Of a stretch of 51,737 nucleotides of DNA, positions 1 through 13,256 are shown piece by piece. Below the pieces are notes generated by a model that saw only the letters and a list, made by a program, of their open reading frames with translations, was not told the DNA's origin and made no database searches. The position numbers and the translations under genes are program-made. The DNA is taken from assembly GCA_964432995.1 (NCBI GenBank), contig CAYSPU010000004.1, positions 1-51,737 of the forward strand, written 5' to 3'. Source of the DNA: an uncultured Verrucomicrobiota bacterium (lineage in GTDB: Bacteria > Verrucomicrobiota > Verrucomicrobiia > Limisphaerales > JAHDYP01). The first letter of the stretch is position 1. Each line of letters opens with the position of its first letter.

Positions 1-291
1 GGTTCCAATCCGTCCTGCCCCCCAGCAGCCAGCATGGCGATGGGGTCAAACACTGATTATGGACATTTCGGATCGTCGCCGGTCAGTTGTTGGCCGAGAA
101 CCACACCGCCGGGATCCTGTCGGGGCTCTCGGTTACCAACGGTTACGACGCCTAGCTGCGCCGGACCCGGCTCTACGCCGACACGGCGACCGCCTTCATT
201 TGTGGAATATGCAGATGTGAGTCTCCGGTCGCTTATGGCACCATCGCTTCCGGAATACAAAGGGACGGGTCTTTAATCAGTTCCGTGAGGG

Positions 292-334
292 GTGTGCGTT
301 TGCTGCTGCGGGTCGAGAGGACCCGCGGTCCGAA
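292..334 (+). repeat. REP-D hairpin repeat (GTGTGCGTTTxGCTGCGGGTC-loop-GACCCGCGGTCCGAA)
   Basis: gtgtgcgtttgctgctgcgggtcgagaggacccgcggtccgaa; 7-bp stem GCGGGTC/GACCCGC. Confidence 0.8.
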
Positions 335-658
335 AGCACTGGTAGCCGTGCGGGAGTGGTGGGGCGATCGGCGGTCCACGCAGTCCCGCGAGTGCCCGCC
401 GTCGCAGGAGTGAGGCAGGGAAGATCCCCAGCCCTCCCCCCCAAGTGCCTGCGGCCTATCGCGGGTTGCGCCGGCGCCTCAGGCACATCGGTTGGATCGC
501 CCCGGGTCCTTCGCGTCTTGGCGCCCTGGTTGTTCTCCCCCTTACAGGACGGCAGTTGCCGGGGGTGGGTTTGGTCGCGGTTCTGGTATGTTGCGGTTCT
601 GGTATTGAACCCGGGCGTCGGGGCCTGTATGAAGGCCCGGATCGAATTGCGCGGAACC

Positions 659-1144
659 ATGAACCTTGACGCAGCCCAGCAACAGAAAGTCATCTCCTGG
701 ATTCAAGAGGGTTTGCAGCCGGCGGACATCCAAAAGCGCCTGGCAGCCGAACTCGGGATCACGATGACGTACATGGAGGTGCGGTTCCTCCTGGCGGACT
801 TGAACCTCAAACCGAAGGACAAGGAAGCGCCGCCGTCGGCAGTGGTCGCGCCCGCCGGTGCGAAGCCGGGCGGCCAGGCCCCGCCCGCCGACGAGGCCGA
901 AGACCTCGAGCCCGAAGCAGCCGGCGGCAGCGGCGTGTCGCTGACGATCGACCAACTGACCCGCGCCGGGGCGGTGGTCAGCGGCAAGGTGAAGTTCAGC
1001 GACGGCAAGGGCGCCGATTGGTATCTGGACCAGATGGGACGCCTGGGATTCGCCCCGCAGGAAAAGGGGTATCGCCCCTCACAACAGGATCTGATGGAAT
1101 TTCAGGTAGCGCTCCAGAACGAACTCGCCAAACTCGGATACTGA
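659..1144 (+). CDS. hypothetical small protein (161 aa): helical N-terminal domain, Pro/Ala/acidic linker, globular C-terminal domain
   Basis: In-frame ATG at 659 (MNLDAAQQQKVISWIQEG...) inside ORF 356..1144. The upstream part of that ORF is Arg/Pro/Gly-rich and overlaps repeat DNA. Stop TGA 1142-1144 lies 2 nt before the ATG of the next gene, suggesting co-transcription. No family recognised. Confidence 0.5.
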   Translation: MNLDAAQQQKVISWIQEGLQPADIQKRLAAELGITMTYMEVRFLLADLNLKPKDKEAPPSAVVAPAGAKPGGQAPPADEAEDLEPEAAGGSGVSLTIDQLTRAGAVVSGKVKFSDGKGADWYLDQMGRLGFAPQEKGYRPSQQDLMEFQVALQNELAKLGY

Positions 1145-1146
1145 CC

Positions 1147-2472
1147 ATGAACCAACACTCGTCTCCCGCCCGCTGGGTTTCACTGCTGTTCGCGATCGCC
1201 CTCAGCCCGGCATGCACCAATCTCCCCCAGGCCGCGCCCCAGCCGCCGCCGGGGTTCGTCGCCCTCTTCAACGGCAAGGACCTCTCCGGCTGGCGCGGAG
1301 GCGATACCTTCGACCACCGCAAGCTGCTGGCCATGCCCGAGGCCGAGCGCGCGGCGCAGATCGCCAAATGGACGGAGACGATGCGGCAGCATTGGCGGGC
1401 GGAGAACGAGGAGTTGGTGAACGACGGCCAGGGCGCCTACGCGACCACGGAGAAGGACTACGGGGACTTCGAGTTGCGGCTCGAATACCGGACGGTGCCG
1501 AAGGCCGACTCCGGCATCTACCTCCGCGGCGTTCCCCAGGTGCAGATCTGGGACACGAGCGAGCGGGAGAAGTTCAATATCGGCGCCGACAAGGGGTCGG
1601 GCGGCCTCTGGAACAATTCGCCAGGCGCGCCGGGCAAGGACCCGCTGGTCAAGGCGGACAAGCCGTTCGGCGAGTGGAACACGTTCCGCATTGTGATGGT
1701 GGGCGCGCGCGTCAGCGTCTGGTTGAATGGTCAGATGGTGGTCGACCACGCGCTCATGGAGAACTACTACGACCGCAAGACGCCCATCCCGGCCCGCGGC
1801 CCGATCCAGCTCCAGACCCACGGCGGCGAAATCCGCTGGCGCAACATCTTCCTCCGCGAGATCCCCGTTGCGGAGGCCAACACCATCCTCGCCACCGCCG
1901 GTCGCGAAGGATTCGTCTCCGCCTTCAACGGGCGCGATTTCGCCGGATGGAGCGGGCCCGTCGACAACTACGAAGTCCGCGACGGGGCGATCGTCTGCAA
2001 GCCGGAGAAAGGCGGGACCATCTTCACGAAGGAGAACTATGCGGATTTCGTGGCGCGCCTCGAGTTTCGCCTGCCTCCCGGCGGGAACAACGGACTGGCG
2101 ATCCGCTACCCCGGCTCCGGGGACACCGCTTACGACGGAATGTGCGAGCTCCAGGTGATTGACAGCGAGGCGGCGCAATACAAGGACCTCGATGCCCGGC
2201 AATACCACGGGTCCGCTTACGGCATGGTGGCCGCCCACCGCGGCTACCTGCGGCCCACCGGCGAATGGAACTTCCAGGAGGTCACCGTTCGCGGGTCGAC
2301 GATCCGCGTCGAGTTGAACGGCACGCTGATCCTGGACGCCGATCTCAGCACGGTGACGAGTTACCTCGGGAACAACCCGCATCCGGGCAAGAACCGGACG
2401 TCCGGGGCCTTCGGCTTTGCCGGCCACAACGATCCGGTGGCGTTCCGGAACATCGCGCTGAAGAAACTGTAG
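1147..2472 (+). CDS. secreted protein with two tandem DUF1080 (3-keto-disaccharide hydrolase-like) domains
   Basis: ORF 1018..2472 trimmed to ATG 1147 (MNQHSSPARWVSLLFAIALSPAC, signal peptide or lipobox-like). Two ~200-aa units begin FNGKDLSGW / FNGRDFAGW and end GEIRWRNIFLREI / VAFRNIALKKL, the usual DUF1080 (PF06439) signature. Confidence 0.85.
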   Translation: MNQHSSPARWVSLLFAIALSPACTNLPQAAPQPPPGFVALFNGKDLSGWRGGDTFDHRKLLAMPEAERAAQIAKWTETMRQHWRAENEELVNDGQGAYATTEKDYGDFELRLEYRTVPKADSGIYLRGVPQVQIWDTSEREKFNIGADKGSGGLWNNSPGAPGKDPLVKADKPFGEWNTFRIVMVGARVSVWLNGQMVVDHALMENYYDRKTPIPARGPIQLQTHGGEIRWRNIFLREIPVAEANTILATAGREGFVSAFNGRDFAGWSGPVDNYEVRDGAIVCKPEKGGTIFTKENYADFVARLEFRLPPGGNNGLAIRYPGSGDTAYDGMCELQVIDSEAAQYKDLDARQYHGSAYGMVAAHRGYLRPTGEWNFQEVTVRGSTIRVELNGTLILDADLSTVTSYLGNNPHPGKNRTSGAFGFAGHNDPVAFRNIALKKL

Positions 2473-2477
2473 CGGGT

Positions 2478-2497
2478 GGGGCGACCTCTCCGAGGCC
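2478..2497 (+). repeat. REP-A core, degenerate copy
   Basis: ggggcgacctctccgaggcc, 6 nt after the stop codon of the DUF1080 x2 gene. Confidence 0.6.
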
Positions 2498-2618
2498 GAA
2501 TGCCCTGCGGAGCGCCGCGTTGGACGCGGCCAGGAGCGCAGTCACCGGTCTCTGTCTTCTGGCCGGCAACATGCCGGCGCCCCGGATACTCTTCACAACC
2601 AACGATCTACGTGGCACC

Positions 2619-5600
2619 TCACGGCGCCGCCGGTGTCACCAACCGGTAGTAACGCTCGCCGCTCGGGCTGGCCGCTGCGTCTCCCACGGCCACTTCCTGC
2701 GTGGTAATCGGGGCCGGCACATCGGCCAACTTCAACCACGCCCCGCTCTCGAGACTGTCGCGATAGAGAACCGAGTAGGTCACACCGGCTACGGCAGTGA
2801 AGCGCACCTCGGCGCCCCCGCCCGTCTCGACGATGGACTCGACCCGGAGGTAACTGTTGCGGTCCTGCGGGTTGGTGCCGCTGATGTACTCCTGCCAGTT
2901 GGTCAGGCCGTCGCCGTCCGGATCGCCATCGGCGCCGTTCACGCCCGCGGCGGAGTCCGGATCAAGGCCGTAGGAGGTCTCCCAGTCGTTGGGGAGGCCG
3001 TCGTCATCGCGGTCCGGGTCCGGTTCTCCACCCGGGTTGACGCCGGCGGGAGTGGGCGCGGCGACCTGCCAGTTGGCGGGGTCATTGCCGAAGCGGCGTC
3101 CGGGGAAGCGTTGGAGGGATTGGCCGGTCGCGTTGGCGTTTGTCGGCCACGGGGCGACGTTGGCGTAATCCACCTGGTCGACCAGCACATACGGGACTTC
3201 GCCGCTCGCCTCGGGGGTGTCGGGGCAGGTCAGTTTCACCGTCTCGCCTTCGTTGTCGAGCTTCCCCTGGTAAGGGCCGAGGATGGTGACCGAGGGGTCG
3301 AGTCCGTAGAGGCTGCGGAAGGCGGCGAGTTCCCCGGGGTGGAGTTGCGGGTCGAAGTTGACCAGCAGCAGGTAGCCGCCTGCGGGCAGCGTGAGGTTCA
3401 TCGGGAGGTCGAAATCGACGCCGCCGCGGAGGTGCCAGGTGTTGGTGGGGTGCCCGGGATCGAACAGAGCGACATTGGTGCTCGAGAGGTTGTGGAGTTC
3501 CACATATTCGTCGCGGGTGTTGTCGTTCGAGCCATAGATGGGCGGCGGGTGGTAGAGAATCTCGTTGATCACGACCGGCCCGATCCGTGGTCCGGCGTTG
3601 TTGGTGCCCAGGCTCAGGGCGGTTTGGACGACGAAATACTCGGTCCCCACGCTGTTCACGTGGCGGCCAAAGGAGATCCCGCGGAAGGAAGCGCCAAAGG
3701 AGAACCCCTGAACGTAACCAGTCAGATTGGTGTCGGCATCGGCCGAGAACAGGTGGATCTCCTCACCCGACTCGCTCAGGCTGAAGCTGGGGTCGACGCC
3801 CGGGGTGGGGTTGAAGTCGTTTTCATCGAAGACCACGTAGTGGCCGGGGGCGAGCACGGTGCCGCCGGGGATGCGGTACTTCTTCGGCTCGTTGAAGTCG
3901 TCGGTTAGGAACCAGCCGCTGAGATCGGCGGCGGTGGCGCCGGCGTTGTGAAGTTCGACGCTGTCGAGTTGGGGCGGGTCGGTGTGGGTGAGGGCCTCCT
4001 GAATCACGACGTTGGGGAAGGCCGGGGCGGCGGGTTCGGCGGCGCCGGGGGAACCGCCGCGCATGCTGCTGGGCCGCCAATCGTTGCGGGTCAGGTTATT
4101 GGTGATGGGCAGGTTGGTGATCGCGGGTTGCTCCTCGGCGAGCACGAGCGAGAAGCCGTGGCCATCGGTGATGGGATGCCAGTCCGGGGAGTAGCGGAAG
4201 TCGTGGATCGGTTCGCCCAGAGGTCCGGTCAGTCGGACACGTTCCCCGGCGTTGTCGAGCTGGTTGGTATAGGTGCCGGCAATGGTGATGCCGGTGCCGT
4301 AGCGGGACGCGAAGGCCGCCAGGTCGCGGACCACGACGGCGCGTTCTCCGGCGCCAAGGGTGAGGCTCGAAAGGGTGAGCTTGATCGCGCCGCTGAGGCG
4401 GAAGTTGGCGAGATCAAGGGCGTTGGTCCCGACGTTCTTGAGCTCGATGAACTCGAAGTTGTCGGCGTCGTTGGTGTTCCCGGCCGGGGCGTTCTCCGGG
4501 TGGAACATGATCTCCGAGATCAGGAGGGGGGGCGTCTGGACGACGAAGGTTTCGGCGATGGCGCCGGACCAGGGGGTGGAGAGCGGGGGTTTGTTGGCTC
4601 CAGTGAGGTTCTGGTGGTTGGCATTCAGGGAGCGGGCGACGAGGCGCGCGTTGTTCGTGATCAAAAGCATGACCGTGGCATTGTTGGATTGTGCCAGGGA
4701 GGCGACGGCGCCGCCCGCGAGACGGGGGTCGGTGCCGTCGAGGGTATAGACCACCCAGGAACCGGATTTCGCGGGCGGAGCGAGGGTGCGCAGCGTGCCG
4801 GAAGCGACTGGCCCGCCGGGCAGACTGAGCCGGGGCCGGGCCAGGAAGTTCGTGTCGATGAAATCCAACCGGTTGGAGTACCAGAGCTTCATGAAATCGA
4901 TTTCGCCCTGGTAGGTGCCGGGGAAGGTGTAGCTGTAGCCACCGGAGCTCCTACTGCCGGAACGCGGCCGCGTGTCGGTCCACCTGGCGGTCTCGCGGGT
5001 CTGGGCCGGGCGCACTTCGTCGGCCTGGCGATCGATCACGGCGTGGACGTTGGTGTTGGCCAGGACGCCGGCGCGGAGTTCCTGGTAGCGGTCCACCCAC
5101 TTCTGCCAGAAATCAATGTCCGTGAAGAGCCGGCTGTACCAGGGGTTGTGGAAGATGCTGTAGTCGGCGTTGAACATGTCGGTCCCGTAGTCCGGCACGG
5201 TGGAGCGCCAGATGCGGGGGTTGAAATCCCGGCCGTCCGTCGAGCCTTGGGTGCGGTCGAAGTCCCAGACGGGGCCCATCTCGATCTTGCCTTCGCGCGG
5301 CTTGTAGAAGTAGCCGCTGAGACGGAGGGCATCGACGTTGAAGGTCACCACGCCGTGGATGTGATGGTCGATCCAGGACGGGACATCGATATAGGCGGCG
5401 TAGCCTCGGGTGGGGTCGGTCCAGTTCGGACCGGTCAGGGCGTTGTAGAAGGCGTCGAAATAGCCGCTGACATACTGGACTTGGCTGGAACGCTGCGGCT
5501 GCGCCATCTCCTCGGTGTCCGGGTCCAGGAAGTTCATCGAGGCGTTGGCGGCGTAGAAGGTCTGGGGCCCGCGATCGATGCTGAGCAGGTAACCGCCGCT

Positions 5601-7742
5601 GACGGCGGGCGCCGTGACGTTTTCCGCACGGAGTTTGTCGATCGCCACGCGGTTCTTGCCCACCTTAATCTTCTCCTCGAGCACGTAGACGCCGTTGTAG
5701 TCGGCGGCGCTGACCGGGCCGGGCGTCCCGGAGTCGTCCTTGAGGTAGACCTCGACGAACCGGGTGCGGGAGGCGTAGGGGCCCATTTGCCGGCTCAGCT
5801 CGAAGGCGACCGGGTTGTGGATGAGGACGGGCTCGAAGGAGTTGGGGGCGTACAGCACCCAGTCGGATTCTTCGGGCAGGTTGGCCAGCGAAACATCGCG
5901 GTCGTTCTCCTGTTCGTCGCGGATCTCGAGGAAGAAACTGGCCTTGTTCATCCACAGCGTGCTCGAGCCGCGTTTGTGGAAGATGCCGTGTCCGGAGAAG
6001 TCCGGGGCGTTGGTCAGCCTGCTGGGACCCCAGCGCGGTTCGAAGACCTGGACGGCGACGAATTGGTCCTCGGAGACGGGCACCCCGCCCTTGCCGAGGT
6101 TGTGGAGGATGACGATGGGGAGGTCGGAGCTGACGCTGAGGACGTTGGCGGAGAGCAGCACGTAGGTTTCCGTGCGGACGGGGCTGGGGAGGAGCCCGGT
6201 TTGATAGGCGCGGGCGCGGACAATGGTGGTGCCGGAGATGGCGATCGGAGCGGCATAGACGGCGGAAGCCTCCGTGGGCAGGTTGGTCCCGAGGGAGTAA
6301 CGAATCACCGCGTCTGGGGAGGGGCAACTCAGGGTGAGCTGCAACGAACTGGAGAACGTGCCGCCCGGCCGGCTGAACACCACGTCCGGGGCGAACCCGG
6401 GACCGCCGGTGGCATTGGCGGACCCGGGGGTCGGCGTCGTGAAATAGCCCAGAAGCGTCGGATCCGACCGGTCTCTTCCGTAGGAAACGTCTTCCCGCTG
6501 TGCCGGGTATGCCGGATGGAACTCGGAAACGACGTTGGTGTCGCGGTCGGATAGGGCCAGATAAGCCGGGCTGCTCGACAGCTTGAAATCCGTGTGCAGA
6601 GGACTCGCCGGATTGCTCCGATCCTTCCCGGAGGCGAAAACGACCAAATACTGGTTCGGCAGCAACGTCACGTTCGGAAGGCGCCAGCGGGCCAGCTTGT
6701 TGGTCTGGTCGGTCAGAAACCAGCCGGACAGATTGGCCGTCGACGCCCCCGCGTTGAAGAGCTCAATCCAGTCCGAACTCTCGCCGTCCTCATCGCGCAG
6801 GGTTCGTTTGTTGTCCGCCATGAATTCGGAGAGGATCACCCCTGGCGGCTGAGCGTCCGGATCAATCGTGTAGCTCCAGTTGCCGCCGGCAAATGAGTTG
6901 GGGGTGGACGCGAGGTCGCGGATGCCGTGCGCCGGCGCCCAACTCACCTGAACGGTCCCCTCCGGCGGGGCCGGAAAGCCGAACACGTAGCGCGTCGGAT
7001 CCCCAATCTCGAGGTCCGCCGCGGGTGAGCCGTTGACGAGGAGATCGGCCGCATCCACCCCGGTGACCTCCTCGCTGAAGGCCACCTCGACGGAGGTCAA
7101 CGTCCGCACCCTCGCGCCGGCGGCCGGGATGACGTCCACCACCGTCGGGGCCACCACGTCGATGCTGGCGGACAACTCGGCGTCCACCACGAAGTCGCTG
7201 CTCCCGGTGTTGCAGTTGAAGCCGTGGATGCACAGCACATTGTCACCGGCCCGCAGAATCGTGGTGAGATTGCTGCGCACCACCAGCGTCGTCTCCTCCT
7301 GCTCGTTGTAGGGCCAATCGCCGCCCAGCAACGGGGCGTTGTAGGCCAGATCCCCGCCCGGCACGTTATACCGGGGCTCGATCTCGTGGCCGTTGATCCA
7401 AACCACATACCCATCGTCGATCAGGACCTTCAACGTCAGCTCGGAAAGGTCCGCCGGGTTCGACAACTGGAAGGTCTTGCGGAAGTAGACGCTGAGCCAT
7501 TCCCCCGGGGTGGCGGGCAGACTCGTGATGATGTTGGGCTCCCCGTACCCGATCGGCGCCGCCCCGCTGCTCCAACTCGAGTCGTCGAACCCCACCTCCC
7601 GCCACGCGTCGATCGGGTCCGACGCCTCCTGGTACCCGATCTGGTAGCGCCACGCGGAGCCGTACGGAATGATCTCGGCTGCGCGGACGACAACGGTGAG
7701 ACACAAGACCAGACCCAGTCGGGTGACGATCGGAAGATGCAT
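2619..7742 (-). CDS. giant secreted CotH-kinase-like protein with multiple lamin-tail domains and C-terminal Asp-rich Ca-binding repeats
   Basis: 1707-aa ORF with signal peptide MHLPIVTRLGLVLCLTVVVRAAE. Four LTD-like units (ILSEFMADN..SDWIELFN..LSGWFLTD; ISEIMFHP..FEFIELKN; VIQEALTH..VELHN..LSGWFLTDD; VINEILYHP..EYVELHN). Central CotH-like region (YVLEEKIKVGKNRV, GPVWDFDRTQGS). Thrombospondin-type-3-like repeats (DPDRDDDGLPNDWE, DGDPDGDGLTNWQE). Confidence 0.85.
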   Translation of the reverse strand: MHLPIVTRLGLVLCLTVVVRAAEIIPYGSAWRYQIGYQEASDPIDAWREVGFDDSSWSSGAAPIGYGEPNIITSLPATPGEWLSVYFRKTFQLSNPADLSELTLKVLIDDGYVVWINGHEIEPRYNVPGGDLAYNAPLLGGDWPYNEQEETTLVVRSNLTTILRAGDNVLCIHGFNCNTGSSDFVVDAELSASIDVVAPTVVDVIPAAGARVRTLTSVEVAFSEEVTGVDAADLLVNGSPAADLEIGDPTRYVFGFPAPPEGTVQVSWAPAHGIRDLASTPNSFAGGNWSYTIDPDAQPPGVILSEFMADNKRTLRDEDGESSDWIELFNAGASTANLSGWFLTDQTNKLARWRLPNVTLLPNQYLVVFASGKDRSNPASPLHTDFKLSSSPAYLALSDRDTNVVSEFHPAYPAQREDVSYGRDRSDPTLLGYFTTPTPGSANATGGPGFAPDVVFSRPGGTFSSSLQLTLSCPSPDAVIRYSLGTNLPTEASAVYAAPIAISGTTIVRARAYQTGLLPSPVRTETYVLLSANVLSVSSDLPIVILHNLGKGGVPVSEDQFVAVQVFEPRWGPSRLTNAPDFSGHGIFHKRGSSTLWMNKASFFLEIRDEQENDRDVSLANLPEESDWVLYAPNSFEPVLIHNPVAFELSRQMGPYASRTRFVEVYLKDDSGTPGPVSAADYNGVYVLEEKIKVGKNRVAIDKLRAENVTAPAVSGGYLLSIDRGPQTFYAANASMNFLDPDTEEMAQPQRSSQVQYVSGYFDAFYNALTGPNWTDPTRGYAAYIDVPSWIDHHIHGVVTFNVDALRLSGYFYKPREGKIEMGPVWDFDRTQGSTDGRDFNPRIWRSTVPDYGTDMFNADYSIFHNPWYSRLFTDIDFWQKWVDRYQELRAGVLANTNVHAVIDRQADEVRPAQTRETARWTDTRPRSGSRSSGGYSYTFPGTYQGEIDFMKLWYSNRLDFIDTNFLARPRLSLPGGPVASGTLRTLAPPAKSGSWVVYTLDGTDPRLAGGAVASLAQSNNATVMLLITNNARLVARSLNANHQNLTGANKPPLSTPWSGAIAETFVVQTPPLLISEIMFHPENAPAGNTNDADNFEFIELKNVGTNALDLANFRLSGAIKLTLSSLTLGAGERAVVVRDLAAFASRYGTGITIAGTYTNQLDNAGERVRLTGPLGEPIHDFRYSPDWHPITDGHGFSLVLAEEQPAITNLPITNNLTRNDWRPSSMRGGSPGAAEPAAPAFPNVVIQEALTHTDPPQLDSVELHNAGATAADLSGWFLTDDFNEPKKYRIPGGTVLAPGHYVVFDENDFNPTPGVDPSFSLSESGEEIHLFSADADTNLTGYVQGFSFGASFRGISFGRHVNSVGTEYFVVQTALSLGTNNAGPRIGPVVINEILYHPPPIYGSNDNTRDEYVELHNLSSTNVALFDPGHPTNTWHLRGGVDFDLPMNLTLPAGGYLLLVNFDPQLHPGELAAFRSLYGLDPSVTILGPYQGKLDNEGETVKLTCPDTPEASGEVPYVLVDQVDYANVAPWPTNANATGQSLQRFPGRRFGNDPANWQVAAPTPAGVNPGGEPDPDRDDDGLPNDWETSYGLDPDSAAGVNGADGDPDGDGLTNWQEYISGTNPQDRNSYLRVESIVETGGGAEVRFTAVAGVTYSVLYRDSLESGAWLKLADVPAPITTQEVAVGDAAASPSGERYYRLVTPAAP

Positions 7743-7870
7743 AGATGAAACGCCCTCAGAGCGCGCGGCAATCTAACTCATCCGCCCGGCGTGACGCAAC
7801 CAGTAGCAACGGCTTGAGGGCAATCCCCGGAATCGCCAGGTGGGCAGCCGCACCGGGGCTTGCTGCGCCC

Positions 7871-7913
7871 GGGGACGACCGAATCGCCAGCGCCAGTGAG
7901 GCGAGGATCCGGG
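7871..7913 (+). repeat. REP-H repeat (ggggacgaccgaa...gcgaggatccggg)
   Basis: Matches the reverse complement of 46997-47039 with a few substitutions. Confidence 0.7.
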
Positions 7914-8093
7914 ACTCCAAAAAGGTCTTGCATTCGAGCCGGAAGGTGGCACCTTAACGCCCCGTTAGATGCCCATTCCTCAGAGGATCGGTTAGACATC
8001 AGGTGAACGTGGTTCAGTGATGGTCTTGAAACCCGGCGGTTCGGGGACCCCCAGCAAGGAGTCGGTCAGTCTAGCCCAGAAAGTAAGTCATCA

Positions 8094-8423
8094 GTGAACA
8101 CGAAACTGTTTGTTGGCAATCTTGCCTTCAGCACCACCGAGAACGACCTCCAGGACGCCTTCGCTGCGCACGGCACGGTCGCCAGCGTTGAATTGATCCA
8201 GGACCGAGCCACCGGCCGCTCCCGCGGCTTCGGCTTCGTCACCATGGAATCCGAGGACGGCGCCCAGGCGGCCATCGCGGCCATGCACGGCAAGGAATTG
8301 CACGGGCGATCGTTGACCGTTAATATCGCCCGTCCGCGCGAAGAGCGCGGCGGCGGCGGCGGCGGTGATCGCGGCCCGCGTCGCTACGGCGGCGGCGGCG
8401 GCGGCGGGCGTTCCCGCTACTAA
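8094..8423 (+). CDS. RRM-type RNA-binding protein with Gly/Arg-rich tail
   Basis: GTG start. KLFVGNLAF (RNP-2) and RGFGFVTM (RNP-1) motifs. C-terminal [19 protein letters not shown] tail. Confidence 0.9.
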   Translation: MNTKLFVGNLAFSTTENDLQDAFAAHGTVASVELIQDRATGRSRGFGFVTMESEDGAQAAIAAMHGKELHGRSLTVNIARPREERGGGGGGDRGPRRYGGGGGGGRSRY

Positions 8424-8451
8424 TCCGGTCTGACGCTTTAGGACCGTTGCG

Positions 8452-8490
8452 GGGCGGGATCCTTCACGGGGTCCCGCCCTCTCCTTTGTA
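8452..8490 (+). terminator. probable intrinsic terminator downstream of the RRM gene
   Basis: 11-bp GC-rich stem (8452-8462 pairs with 8469-8479, one G-U pair) with a 6-nt loop, followed by tctcctttgt. The U-tract is weak. Confidence 0.45.
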
Positions 8491-8637
8491 CCTCCTCGCC
8501 CGCCCGGCAGCGCCGGAGCTGGCGGCGGGTTCGGGCGGCACCGATCCGAACGCTGCTCCCAGCGCTGCTCCCAGCGTTGACGCGAGCCTGCCCCCGGGTA
8601 GTCTTTCACCCAACTGCCACCAACCAAGGGCCAAACC

Positions 8638-9483
8638 GTGGATATCAAGAAAGCTGTCATCACCGCCGCCGGAAAGAACCAGCGCACCCTCCCCCTGCAA
8701 AACCTGGTCGACCGCGACGGCCAGCCCAAGAGCGCCCTTCAGGTCCTGCTCGAAGAAGTGCGCGCCGCCGGTGTCGAGGAAATCTGCATCGTCGTCGGCC
8801 CCGGCGACCAGACCGCCTACGCCACAGCCGCCGCCCCTCTCGCTGCTCGTGTCCAATTCGTGGAGCAATCCTCCGCCCTCGGTTACGGCCACGCCGTCTT
8901 CTGCGCCCGCCAGTTCACCGGACGCGACCCCTTCCTCCTCCTTGTCAGCGACCACCTCTATGTCAGCCGCGGTGACAAGAACTGCGCCCAACAACTCGTC
9001 GAAGTCGCCTCCGCCGAGAACTGCGCCGTCTCCGCCGTCCAGGCCACCCATGAGGCCAAGCTCCCCTTCTACGGCGCCATCGGCGGACGCCGCCTCCCCG
9101 GACGCCAGGGCCTCTACCTCGTCGAGAACGTCCTCGAGAAACCCACGCCCACCGAAGCGGAACAGAAGCTCATCGTCCCCGGCCTGCGCTCCGGACACTA
9201 CCTCTGCTTCTTCGGCATGCACGTCCTCACCCCGCTCGTCATGGATCTTCTGGCCGAACACGTCGCCCAAGCCGGCACCCGCGGCGGAGTCCTCCTGTCC
9301 GGTGCACTCTCGGAACTCGCCCGGCGCGAGCGCTACCTCGCCGCCGAACTCCAAGGACGCCGCTACGATATCGGCGCCAAATACGGCCTCTGGATCGCTC
9401 AACTCGCCGTCGCCTTCGAAGGCCGCGAACGGGATCAGATCCTGTCTGAGTTGGTGGAACTGCTGGCCCTCCGCGAACGTTAG
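8638..9483 (+). CDS. sugar-1-phosphate nucleotidyltransferase, GalU-like (UTP-glucose-1-phosphate uridylyltransferase family)
   Basis: [22 protein letters not shown]-terminal nucleotide-binding loop, GYGHAV, and [14 protein letters not shown] resembling the GalU VEKP motif. 281 aa. Confidence 0.75.
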   Translation: MDIKKAVITAAGKNQRTLPLQNLVDRDGQPKSALQVLLEEVRAAGVEEICIVVGPGDQTAYATAAAPLAARVQFVEQSSALGYGHAVFCARQFTGRDPFLLLVSDHLYVSRGDKNCAQQLVEVASAENCAVSAVQATHEAKLPFYGAIGGRRLPGRQGLYLVENVLEKPTPTEAEQKLIVPGLRSGHYLCFFGMHVLTPLVMDLLAEHVAQAGTRGGVLLSGALSELARRERYLAAELQGRRYDIGAKYGLWIAQLAVAFEGRERDQILSELVELLALRER

Positions 9484-9556
9484 CCCGCCACCCCCGGGGC
9501 ACGGTCGGCTGCCGGATTCCCACCAGCCGACCGTTCGCCCTCACACCCCCATACCG

Positions 9557-12927
<3,371 letters not shown>

Positions 12928-12955
<28 letters not shown>

Positions 12956-13011
12956 GGCGACCTCTCCGAGGGCGCCGCCACCAAAGCGGTCGTGTCGAAG
13001 AACTCGATCAT
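12928..13011 (-). pseudogene. 27-codon stub of a PIN-domain (VapC-like) toxin gene, truncated at a REP-A repeat
   Basis: ATG 13009-13011 overlaps the antitoxin stop (ATGA). MIEFFDTTALVAA resembles a PIN N-terminus. The frame then runs into the REP-A repeat (PSERSPY) and stops. Confidence 0.5.
12951..12976 (+). repeat. REP-A core (ggtagggcgacctctccgagggcgcc)
   Basis: Exact 26-nt core. Its TAG (12953-12955) is the stop codon of the 1132-aa fusion gene. Confidence 0.9.
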
Positions 13012-13256
13012 TGCCGGTCTCTCCGGGTTTGCTCCACCGCCTGGACGGCATCGGTCGCCACGCCCTGTTTGGGGACGACCAGCAACTTGCCGCGCTGGCG
13101 AAGCTGGCAGGACTCCGGCGACGCCAGCTTCAGTTCCAGTCGGTTCCCCACAATCTCGGCCTCGAACAAAGCCGTCCGCGGAGTGTTGAGGGACTGGCGG
13201 ATGCGCTTGGGCAAGACCAACCGCCCAAACGAGTCCATCGCAATCAGCGCCTTCAT
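13008..13256 (-). CDS. AbrB/MazE/SpoVT-family antitoxin (VapB-like)
   Basis: MKALIAMDSFGRLVLPKRIRQSLNTPRTALFEAEIVGNRLELK matches the looped-hinge-helix AbrB-type fold signature. ATG at 13256; an alternative ATG lies at 13274. The upstream part of ORF 13008..13565 is repeat DNA. Confidence 0.75.
   Translation of the reverse strand: MKALIAMDSFGRLVLPKRIRQSLNTPRTALFEAEIVGNRLELKLASPESCQLRQRGKLLVVPKQGVATDAVQAVEQTRRDRQ

Noticed and set aside
1-25. Possible 3' end of a tRNA or tRNA-like gene at the window edge (ggttccaatcc resembles a T-arm GGTTCRAATCC, followed by an acceptor-like ctgcccc).
   Set aside because: Only about 25 nt are visible. Position 57 of the T-loop would be a pyrimidine, and no clean discriminator+CCA can be placed. 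It cannot be verified without upstream sequence.
3948-6554. 868-aa ORF on the + strand (and other long + strand ORFs across 2265-7748).
   Set aside because: Antisense to the well-supported CotH/LTD gene. It has Gly/Val/Asp/Arg-rich low-complexity composition and no motifs, a typical shadow ORF of high-GC DNA.
7947-7960. Sigma-54-like TGGCAC box upstream of the RRM gene.
   Set aside because: The required TTGC element 5 nt downstream is absent (the sequence reads cttaacgcc).
8447-9556. N-terminal 370 codons of ORF 8447..12955.
   Set aside because: Pro/Ser/Ala/Thr-rich junk that overlaps the convincing GalU-like gene in another frame. The conserved-looking protein begins at ATG 9557.
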